The notes beneath the pieces were generated by a model, which was given only the letters and a program-made list of their open reading frames with translations, was not told the DNA's origin and made no database searches. The translations under genes were made by a program, and so were the position numbers. A stretch of 55,056 bases of DNA, from positions 130,640-185,695 of the forward strand of contig JAZKJN010000002.1 in the NCBI GenBank assembly GCA_040384285.1, read 5' to 3'. Origin of the DNA: Patescibacteria group bacterium. Its GTDB lineage: Bacteria; Patescibacteriota; Minisyncoccia; Phycocordibacterales; PALSA-1337. Shown here one piece after another: positions 36,446 to 44,544 of the stretch. Numbering within the stretch: position 1 is the first letter of the stretch; each line of letters opens with the position of its first letter.

Positions 36446-37660
36446 TTGAAAAATGATTCGTGTTGCTCCCCCAATATATTTCAATATTTCAACAAACTCC
36501 CTACACCCTTGCGCTCAACCTCCAAAAAAAGAATCGATAGCAGCAAAACATCTTTCAATCTTGAATCGATTAACTCGAAGATCAGAAACAAGCAGGCGAA
36601 GGATTTTGTTTTACCTTTGAGTGAATTCACAGGTGAAAAACTTTTTTCAGAAGGACGGCTTCTGGGTCTTCTTGGATCTGTTCGAGAAGAAAAAGTCGGA
36701 CTAACAATTAAACTACAAGCGGAACTCCCTTCATTTCAAAAGTGTCCACAACATAAATATTGGGATTTCTTTCTAAATTCAATTCAGGGGGTTGTTCTGT
36801 CCGACGTCGGGGTGCAGTTTTTAGACCCCAAAAAACAGGATCGGCAGCCCGAGATAGCGAAGGAACAAGCATCACGAATTTTTACAAATCGGGGTCTCGT
36901 TTACTCCGGCAAACAAGTTGCAGTCCCAGTATGGGATAGTTTTCATTCTCCACCCCCCGCGCCTTTTTTGATAGCTGGGGACATCCATTCGTTCTATGGC
37001 GCTTTGAGTGGATTCATTTTTGAACACTTAGGCTTACGAACTGCAAGAGAATTTTCTATCCACAAAATATGCGAGTTCGCGCGCGAAGCATATCAGAACT
37101 CCCAGCTTCATGGTTCAGTGACGCTCGACAATGAACCAATATCAGCGCTTAGGTTTATCTCATTAAAACGACAGAATGTGCCACACGGAAATTCTAGTTT
37201 GTTACAGTTAAGTTCTCTATCTGATGAAGCGGAATATTCTCAATACATTGCGCTACTGGGTGAAAAGTGGCGAAAAACTGTTCCAAAGTATTTGGTTCAT
37301 TTAACGGTTGCCGACTCAGGCGTAGGAATTGCAGCAAAAATGGCACGCGCGGAAGGGGTGGAAAACATTTACGCAGGTAGCTATGCGGAGGAATCCGCAA
37401 TTTTGCTTAAAGCATTTACTAAGCACGGCACTTCACGTCCAAAATCGGAGGCTGGCGTTGGCATGGGTCTTTTCAAAATTCTGCAAGCAACGAAAGAACT
37501 GGATGGTTTCTTATCGGTAAGATGCGGACGACTTTGGATGCAACGGCATTTCTTGTCACCATCTCTTTATAGGTTTTCCACAGACGTATTTCCGATGGAT
37601 GCTAATGAATATTCGCTTATCGTTGGCACGTCAGTACATCTAGTATTTCCTTGGTGGTAG
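36446..37660 (+). CDS. GHKL/histidine-kinase-like ATPase (no H-box or TM)
   Basis: N-box REAYQNSQLH, G1 LTVADSGVGI, F-box AFTKHGTSR, G2 GVGMGLFKI, LSVRCG. Confidence 0.85.
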   Translation: MKNDSCCSPNIFQYFNKLPTPLRSTSKKRIDSSKTSFNLESINSKIRNKQAKDFVLPLSEFTGEKLFSEGRLLGLLGSVREEKVGLTIKLQAELPSFQKCPQHKYWDFFLNSIQGVVLSDVGVQFLDPKKQDRQPEIAKEQASRIFTNRGLVYSGKQVAVPVWDSFHSPPPAPFLIAGDIHSFYGALSGFIFEHLGLRTAREFSIHKICEFAREAYQNSQLHGSVTLDNEPISALRFISLKRQNVPHGNSSLLQLSSLSDEAEYSQYIALLGEKWRKTVPKYLVHLTVADSGVGIAAKMARAEGVENIYAGSYAEESAILLKAFTKHGTSRPKSEAGVGMGLFKILQATKELDGFLSVRCGRLWMQRHFLSPSLYRFSTDVFPMDANEYSLIVGTSVHLVFPWW

Positions 37661-39885
37661 GTAAGAGTGTGGCTAATTCACTTCTAAATATAGTCGTCGC
37701 GGATTTATCATCGCAATCGATGACGTATGCTTGCGAGATTAACGTCACCAATACAGCAGGTAAAATACCTAACAACATTCTTTACTTGCTCGTTCCTCGA
37801 CGAAAACCGTTGGAGCAGCTTGATAACCTAATCAATGAGTTGCCCTCTGCGCTCAGAAGGTCCGTGGATGTTGTTGTTTTGCGCGCTCATCCAGTAGAGG
37901 CTAGGCGTTTGCTCAAGGAGGAGCAACTTCTGCAGTTGCTTCAGCATCGTTTTGAAGGACGTCCGATTTGGATTGTTTATTTGGATGGAAAACGCATAGG
38001 ATTAAAAACGTTGACTTCATCCGCCCCGCTTCCCACAGGCGAGAGCAGGACTAGCCTTCTCAAGGCCTTGAGAGAGGCCGAGATAAGTGGGTTGTTACAG
38101 TTGCCCGGTGTAGTTCTTGAGAAGACTAGTGATTACCATTACGAGGGGCCGAGCGGAATTCATTACGAAAGCTTTCTTCGAATCGGTAATAGTCTTTTGT
38201 CCGTGCAGGCTCTGGATGCGATTGCGTTCTGGTTAATTCAGCACGTTAAGAATCACGACGTTATCTGTTTTGATTCGCCGACCATGCTTTCCGCTGGCTA
38301 CTACCTGAACAACTACTTGCAGGAGTTTAAAGGCAGACGCGCACAGAAGCTTTTGCAAGTCGTTTGTCTCCAGTCCTACAAGGATACAAAGGAAGCGATT
38401 ATTAGTACTGTTAGCGACTGTGTTCCTGATATTACAAGCGCTAAAGTCTTATTTGTTTGCTCAGTTAACAGCAGGGGGGTCCTGACAGAAAGAATGGTCA
38501 GCACGCTCAAGTCTGTGAAAGCGGCAGCAATTACTTCAATTGCGCTTTTTGAGGCGCCGATAAGAAATTCCCTTACAAAAGATATTTTTTGCCGAATAGA
38601 TGATTCGTTTGCGGGTATGGTTCCTTGCAAACTTTGCGCAGAAGGCAACCCCACCATCGGCATTGATCCGAAGACCTTTCAACTCGATATTTCCGCCAAT
38701 ATCCGTAAAGTGTTTCTTCGGAGACAAGATGCGACGGACCCTTTTGCGTTCTTAAGCGCATATGGAGGCAGCCACAGCGTTACAATCCATAAGAATCAAA
38801 TTGACCAGTCTCGGCATCACATGATCCATGTCGATGTGGGTGCTTTGCTCAAAACCAGCAGGTTTAACGAGAAACTTAAGGAAACTGTGCTTTCTTTTGG
38901 ACAAAAGCCGGATTTGGTTTTATGCACCTCTCACGATGCAGCTTCGAATTTAGCAAGAGCTGTAGCTGATATCCTGGGGGGAGTTAAGCTACTTCAATGT
39001 GATGAAAGTCAGCTGTTGGAACTTGATTGGCAGCAAAAGGAAGCGCTGAATGCAGCTAGGAATGTTTTGCTGGTGGACGATGTTACAATCACTGGCAATC
39101 GCCTTCGAGGTTACAAGCAGTTTCTGGCACGAGGAAAATTTGTGAGAGCCGGCACTGTGTTGAAGTGTCTGATCGGCGTCGCGCGTACGGCAAGCAGTAA
39201 GACTTTGAAGATGATCGCCGACATGTTTCATTCGCCAGATAACTTTAAATGTGTCGAGAAACTTTTGCTTCCAGATTGGGGCAAAAAAATGTGTCCGTGG
39301 TGCAAGGAGTCAGAGCTTATCACCCGCCATCGGGCATTTTTACAGGGGAGCGAACCAATGCAACTGAGAGCTGGGAGACTTGCTAACGTGCGTGAGGGAA
39401 TGAGGGATAGCTTATTTCTTCATTGGGACGCCGAGACCCCTGATGCATGGCGACTTGGGCCCGAATCGGTATTTGGTGACGATAAATTTGAATCCCTTTC
39501 CCAAGCGGAAGTCTTCTTGGGAGTTGCTGGAACACTCCAAGTTTTACGGGACAAAGGTGATCTGCACGAGAACTTCAATGTTCCTACTTGCCGAGTGCTA
39601 GACCCTGAGGCATTTCTTGTTGGACGGTACTATGCCCCGATTATTTGCGCGTCGATCTTCCGGGCCTCGAACATGCACGATCTGCGTTCCGCTGCGGTAG
39701 ATAAATCTTTGGAAGCGCAACTCGGCTCCAACCTTGCCTCGCTTGCGGAATTACCTTTGCGTGGCGAAATGCTTTTTGGCATGGCACAGGGCAAGCTCCC
39801 TAAAGCTAGCTGTGTCAACCAGGATTACCTATCGTCAAGCGAAGAGGGCATAAGTGCTTTTTTTAGAAGAATATTAGATATGTGA
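37651..39885 (+). CDS. Tandem phosphoribosyltransferase-domain protein with CxxC knuckles
   Basis: OPRT-like hood HYEGPSGIHYESFLRIG; degenerate first PRPP loop VLFVCSVNSRG; CKLC; second domain NVLLVDDVTITG; CPWC. Overlaps the upstream gene by 10 nt. Confidence 0.8.
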   Translation: MVVGKSVANSLLNIVVADLSSQSMTYACEINVTNTAGKIPNNILYLLVPRRKPLEQLDNLINELPSALRRSVDVVVLRAHPVEARRLLKEEQLLQLLQHRFEGRPIWIVYLDGKRIGLKTLTSSAPLPTGESRTSLLKALREAEISGLLQLPGVVLEKTSDYHYEGPSGIHYESFLRIGNSLLSVQALDAIAFWLIQHVKNHDVICFDSPTMLSAGYYLNNYLQEFKGRRAQKLLQVVCLQSYKDTKEAIISTVSDCVPDITSAKVLFVCSVNSRGVLTERMVSTLKSVKAAAITSIALFEAPIRNSLTKDIFCRIDDSFAGMVPCKLCAEGNPTIGIDPKTFQLDISANIRKVFLRRQDATDPFAFLSAYGGSHSVTIHKNQIDQSRHHMIHVDVGALLKTSRFNEKLKETVLSFGQKPDLVLCTSHDAASNLARAVADILGGVKLLQCDESQLLELDWQQKEALNAARNVLLVDDVTITGNRLRGYKQFLARGKFVRAGTVLKCLIGVARTASSKTLKMIADMFHSPDNFKCVEKLLLPDWGKKMCPWCKESELITRHRAFLQGSEPMQLRAGRLANVREGMRDSLFLHWDAETPDAWRLGPESVFGDDKFESLSQAEVFLGVAGTLQVLRDKGDLHENFNVPTCRVLDPEAFLVGRYYAPIICASIFRASNMHDLRSAAVDKSLEAQLGSNLASLAELPLRGEMLFGMAQGKLPKASCVNQDYLSSSEEGISAFFRRILDM

Positions 39886-39922
39886 TGTACTTTAGTTTGA
39901 TAGTATATTATAATAACCCAAG

Positions 39923-40225
39923 ATGGATAATCAACCTGATTTATGGAATAGCCATTGCATTGGGCGCATTCCCCGGTTCTCCTTAGGAAGGCTAGAGTTT
40001 TCTGAAATGTTTTCCGCGGCCTGTGCAGCGCAATGTGTTGTTCAAGCGCTGTGCAGGCATTGTTGCGGGGATTGGCTCGACAGCGAAATGTTAGCAAACG
40101 GGAATGCCCTTCGGTATCGCGCGTCAATCATTAGTGAGCATCAAGACGCGCGCTCCGTGCTGTTCTACATTGTGACGAATGCCGATAGAACCGTAACAAA
40201 AGTTATGCTGCCCTCTGAATACTGA
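39923..40225 (+). CDS. Paralogue of 22407-22706 (RHxxGDW...IVTNADRTVTKVMLPSEY)
   Basis: Shared HxxGDW, N..AL, and I.T.ADR.VT..LP..Y motifs. Confidence 0.75.
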   Translation: MDNQPDLWNSHCIGRIPRFSLGRLEFSEMFSAACAAQCVVQALCRHCCGDWLDSEMLANGNALRYRASIISEHQDARSVLFYIVTNADRTVTKVMLPSEY

Positions 40226-40294
40226 CGCTATTGCATGGCGTTTTTTTTGTGCGGGTTGCAACGGCTGCGTGTGGTGTGTGTCGTCTAGGCGTGA

Positions 40295-40318
40295 TAAAAA
40301 AAGGCCGTTTAACGGCCT
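40295..40318 (-). terminator. Intrinsic terminator after the MTase
   Basis: Minus strand AGGCCGT-taa-ACGGCCT followed by a T run. Confidence 0.65.
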
Positions 40319-40348
40319 GTTCAGTTTTGCGCTAGTGTCGTCGAGGTG

Positions 40349-40990
40349 TTATGTATCCATGCGCGATTGCCTTCGAGATAACGTCGCTTCGAGTTCGATC
40401 AGGATGTAGTCTCTTCCAGTTAATTTTGCCGCCACCCCCGTGCTCCCAGAGCCTGCAAACGGGTCTAGGACTATCCCCCTTTCTGGGGAGAATGTCTGGA
40501 TCAGTAGCCTAATTACCCCTACAGGCTTTTGAGTCGGGTGCAACACATTGTTGGTACACTGCCATCGTAAGACGTCCGAAATTGGATTCGCTGGCGCGGC
40601 TGGCTTTCCCTTTGCCAGCAAAAACGCTACTTCGTGAAAGCTGCGAGTGTAGCCTGAGCGAGACGGATAATCTTTCACGCATATGATGTGGCTTACTGGT
40701 CTAAATCCCACCCGCTTCCATGTCCCCATGAACTGATCAACCTGGGGCCAGCCGTAGAAGCTCACGCAAAAGGAATTGGGTTTCAGGACTCGATAGATTT
40801 CAGCAAATGAGGGATGGAGCCAGTTATTGCTTCTGTCGCTCTCGACAGTGCGCCCGTCGCGTGGTCGGTAGTTCACGAGATACGGCGGGTCGGTCACGCA
40901 AAGGTCAATGCTTTCCGAGGGTAGGGCGGGTAACACACGAAGACAGTCCCCGTGAGTCACTTTGTTCAAAAATGGTGCGAGCGGATTCAA
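40349..40990 (-). CDS. Beta-class N6/N4 DNA methyltransferase
   Basis: HGDCL, TDPPY (motif IV), HPTQKP, DPFAGSGST (motif I). TTG start after a GGAG RBS is inferred. Confidence 0.9.
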   Translation of the reverse strand: MNPLAPFLNKVTHGDCLRVLPALPSESIDLCVTDPPYLVNYRPRDGRTVESDRSNNWLHPSFAEIYRVLKPNSFCVSFYGWPQVDQFMGTWKRVGFRPVSHIICVKDYPSRSGYTRSFHEVAFLLAKGKPAAPANPISDVLRWQCTNNVLHPTQKPVGVIRLLIQTFSPERGIVLDPFAGSGSTGVAAKLTGRDYILIELEATLSRRQSRMDT

Positions 40991-41132
40991 CTTGGATACT
41001 CCTTTCTTGGGGTTGTGGGTTTGAAGAACGAAGAAGCCCGCTCCTGATTGTAGCACGCGGGAAAACACGGCCTGGTTGTGGAAAACTAAAAAAGACTCGC
41101 TCGAACGAATCGAGTGAGTCTTGTCTTACTGC

Positions 41133-41900
41133 TTAACCAAACGGCAACTCTTGCTGGCCAAGAGCAACTTGGATGGCTGCCACTTCGGCAGGCTGAGGCG
41201 GCTCTCCTTGCACGACCGCTGCACGCGGACCTGGAAGAGACATTGCAGACGCGGGATGCATCGGCACGAGACTGAGCCATGGCAGAATCCAGTGGATGTT
41301 TGACCACGCGGCCCAGCATTCCATGGATATGGTGTTGCCGTGAATGACCCGCGTTGGAATACCCCAGAGCGTCGTGTTAATGAACGTCATGTGGCAAGCT
41401 GTGCGGTTGATGTCGATGGCGGTTACCCGCAGGCGACGACGGACTTCTGGAGGACAGGCTTCAGCCAGGGACAGAATCATCGCGCCGGCTCCACAAGCCG
41501 GCTCACAAACTGTGATCGGGCCTTCGGGCGGGAGCGACTCCATTTCCCCTGCGGTCATCCTCGCCATCAGGTCGCAAATAGGTTTGGGAGTGTGAAATTC
41601 CCCGTTCCATTGCTGTCCCTTTTGCGAGAGTGCGAACTCCATGTAGTATCCCCCGATGATGTCCTCGAAGGGATGTGCTTCCATTTCAAGGACGAGGGCA
41701 GCGAAAGCTTCCGCAAATAAATCCAGATCAGTCCGTTCCCAGCGTTTAACTTCTTCGAGGTATTCCTCTTCACGAGTCTGCGCCGCTAGGGCACATGCCG
41801 TGAAGCAGAGAAAAGCATCGAAGACACGACGAGTGTCGTGACGGTGGGAGAGACGGCCGAGGATTTTGCGGAAGTCGCGGTCTGGCGACTTCGCTTTCAT
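41133..41900 (-). CDS. HsdM-like (N6_Mtase) SAM-binding protein lacking the NPPY motif
   Basis: GEFHTPKPICDLM, EPACGAGAM, IDIN, HGNTI; no NPP(Y/F) in the remaining sequence. Confidence 0.85.
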   Translation of the reverse strand: MKAKSPDRDFRKILGRLSHRHDTRRVFDAFLCFTACALAAQTREEEYLEEVKRWERTDLDLFAEAFAALVLEMEAHPFEDIIGGYYMEFALSQKGQQWNGEFHTPKPICDLMARMTAGEMESLPPEGPITVCEPACGAGAMILSLAEACPPEVRRRLRVTAIDINRTACHMTFINTTLWGIPTRVIHGNTISMECWAAWSNIHWILPWLSLVPMHPASAMSLPGPRAAVVQGEPPQPAEVAAIQVALGQQELPFG

Positions 41901-41904
41901 GAGG

Positions 41905-42234
41905 TTAGAGGCGGTAGTCCTCGAAGGTGGCCGCAAGGCCGTCTTCGTCGTCACCCATAAGTTCCTCAAGCGCCTGCTTAGTGGCGAGGCGGTCGAGATT
42001 GGGTCGAGCTTCCTTGGGGCAACATGGGCAGCGGATGACGTTTATCACCGATTGCCCGAATTCCCATCCGGCCGATTTGAATGCGGCGCGGTAACGGTCG
42101 TTCAGCTTTTGAACGCGAGGCAGTCGTTGCCAAGCTTCCGCTTCTTCTTGGGTTAAACCGGTTTCAAATACGGCATCGTGCCAGAGATGATGAATATCCC
42201 AGGGTTCCTGACAGGTGGTGCAATGAACGTCCAC
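41905..42234 (-). CDS. Hypothetical protein with CxxC pairs (109 aa)
   Basis: GTG start after AAAGGAAC; CTTC and CPCC; stop 4 nt before the HsdM-like ATG. Confidence 0.7.
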   Translation of the reverse strand: MDVHCTTCQEPWDIHHLWHDAVFETGLTQEEAEAWQRLPRVQKLNDRYRAAFKSAGWEFGQSVINVIRCPCCPKEARPNLDRLATKQALEELMGDDEDGLAATFEDYRL

Positions 42235-42356
42235 AGTTCCTTTCTTGGGGGTTGAGGTTGAAGGACGAAAGTCCGTCTTCGATTTTAACACGAAGCCGCA
42301 CTTCCCCACGCTGTGGAAAAGAGACTACTGACTGCCTGGTAAGGAAATCTGGACTG

Positions 42357-44099
42357 CTAACGAATGCGTCGCTTCACCGACGGGGGTGCTGCAATAAACT
42401 CGTCGAGATGCTTGGTGGAAAAACTTGCCGCTGTTTCGGCAAGTTGCTTCTGCGCCTTGGCGCGAGGCATGGCAAACGGAAGCTTCTCGTAGCAGCGTTC
42501 AAGAAACTTCTGCGTGCGTTCCTTAGACGCAGGAGTTTTTTCAACGGTCGGTGTGTAAATGGATACAGGGGCATTCATCCCGACGAGTCGCGCCACTCCC
42601 TGCCGCTGCTTCTGGTCAAAAAGGACGGCCATCGCACGAAACAATTGTTCGTCGAGCGAGCGAAACTGCACATGAGACAATTCTTTCCCAAACACTGGAA
42701 TGAGCGTCGGAACCAGGCTGCGCGACTCGCTCACGCTCTCAGACCATGAGTCGCTTTCACTCTCAGATTCAGACTGAAATACACTCTGCGATTCACTCGT
42801 GCTGAGTGTTTCAACTCCGTCGAAAAATCCTGCCGTGCCGCCGATGCCGGCACCACCTGCTAGGCCCCGCTGAGAACCGCGGCTTTGGCCAGATGACCGG
42901 CTTTCGGAAATCACTTCCTTTAGCTCCTCGCGGTAGGACATCACCTTGGTCGAATACAGTTCGTGTTTGATCTGCTCCGGGTCCATCACGCCCATGAAAA
43001 GCCACTGCGCCATCATTCGCAGGTTTTCTTCGTAGGAAAGTCGGAAAGCTACTTTGCTCGAAGCATTTTCCATCACGGAGGTAAATACCCGCCGTCCGTT
43101 TTCATTTTCATCAATCAACTGGAGCGGAAATTGATTTGCCATCGTGAGGTGGAGGCCAAAGCCGCGCGCCTGATCGAGGTTTTTGGAAATTGTCGGGGTG
43201 ATAAATTCCTGGAACTCGTCGAGGTAGACGTAGAAGGGTTTTACATTGTCCCGCTTCCCGCGTTCCTTCGCGGCAATCCAAAGGTCGCTGAACATAAGGG
43301 TGGCAAAAAGTTTCGCATTATCCGGCGACACTTTGGCGCCCTCAGTCGCCAGATTTACCAAAATGATTGAGCCCTCCTCCAATGCGTTCCCCAAATCCAT
43401 CGATACGGTGGGTTGGCCAAGCATTGAACGGATGAGTTCGTTGCCGATGAAGGGCCGCAGCCGGTTCACCGTGCTTCCGATTTGCGTCTCAAAATCCTTG
43501 GCACTGAGAGTGTCCGCAAATTCCCAATCTTGGCGCGAAGGCTTGTTTCGCAAGTCATGCGTCAGTGCGTAACGGGCTTGTTTGCCTACGCGGTCGATCA
43601 AATGTTCAGCGTCGATGAGAGTGAGTTTCTTTTCGTAAAGTGCTCTAAGCACATTTCCAACCCACCGTGCAAACAGGGGCGTCTGGCTAGTTCCGGTCTG
43701 ACCCCAAACATACGCCATCGCATCCGTGAGATTGTCGACCAAAACCGCAGGGTCTGCCTGGCTGCGTTGCCGAAGCAAGTTGTACGAGACAACCCAGTCA
43801 TCTCTTCGCAAATCAATTGGGACAATGGGAACTTTGAGCGCATCTTCGTTCCATGCCATCCACTCCATGAGGTTGTCGTAAAGGTTGCCATGCGGGTCGA
43901 AGAGAATCAGTCCGCAACGGGTTTTGTGCCATTGCTTGATGTCCTGACGAATTAGGTGTTCAAGAAATTTGCTTTTGCCAGTTCCCGTGCCTCCACAGAC
44001 GTAGAGGTGTTTGTCGCGCTCGATGCGGGAAAAGGAAAGCGAAGCGTTTCTGCCGGGAAGCAGACCCAGATCGAGATCGTTGCCAGGTTGCGATGGCAT
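42357..44099 (-). CDS. VirD4/TraD-like coupling ATPase, copy 2
   Basis: HLYVCGGTGTGKS, FDPHG, VYLDEFQE, ARGFGLHLTMANQ; Ser/Glu-rich insert. Confidence 0.9.
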   Translation of the reverse strand: MPSQPGNDLDLGLLPGRNASLSFSRIERDKHLYVCGGTGTGKSKFLEHLIRQDIKQWHKTRCGLILFDPHGNLYDNLMEWMAWNEDALKVPIVPIDLRRDDWVVSYNLLRQRSQADPAVLVDNLTDAMAYVWGQTGTSQTPLFARWVGNVLRALYEKKLTLIDAEHLIDRVGKQARYALTHDLRNKPSRQDWEFADTLSAKDFETQIGSTVNRLRPFIGNELIRSMLGQPTVSMDLGNALEEGSIILVNLATEGAKVSPDNAKLFATLMFSDLWIAAKERGKRDNVKPFYVYLDEFQEFITPTISKNLDQARGFGLHLTMANQFPLQLIDENENGRRVFTSVMENASSKVAFRLSYEENLRMMAQWLFMGVMDPEQIKHELYSTKVMSYREELKEVISESRSSGQSRGSQRGLAGGAGIGGTAGFFDGVETLSTSESQSVFQSESESESDSWSESVSESRSLVPTLIPVFGKELSHVQFRSLDEQLFRAMAVLFDQKQRQGVARLVGMNAPVSIYTPTVEKTPASKERTQKFLERCYEKLPFAMPRAKAQKQLAETAASFSTKHLDEFIAAPPSVKRRIR

Positions 44100-44260
44100 A
44101 GTTCGTTTTTATTCACCTATCCGGCAGGCATTATGGACTTCAGAATTAAAATTTAACGGTAGAGCGCGGGATGTGAAACTCTGAAGCGGCTAAACTTGAC
44201 TTTTAGGAGAGTTCCAAGAAAGAATTGCTGACTCAAACAAAAAACACCAAGGGTGGTGTG

Positions 44261-44470
44261 TTAACTACTATGGATCATGATGAAAACCGCCAAAACTACT
44301 TCAATCAGCCCAATTGCCATCAGTATGTCCAGAAGCAGATCCGATGGACGTCGAATTGGCGCTGGCAGAAACAGCTTTCTTAAAGACATAAAATTCCTTT
44401 CGTTGCGTACTTTGTTGCCGAGGACGTTCGAAGTTAGCCAAAACTTGACCAACTCGAATATCCCAAGCAT
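44261..44470 (-). CDS. Possible small membrane protein
   Basis: C-terminal hydrophobic helix only; competing ORFs overlap it. Confidence 0.3.
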   Translation of the reverse strand: MLGIFELVKFWLTSNVLGNKVRNERNFMSLRKLFLPAPIRRPSDLLLDILMAIGLIEVVLAVFIMIHSS

Positions 44471-44544
44471 CAGAAGCGAAAGGAAGCTCTACCCTCCTAA
44501 TTGAATCAATTTTTCGAGCAGAATGCAAGCACTCTTTTTGCACA

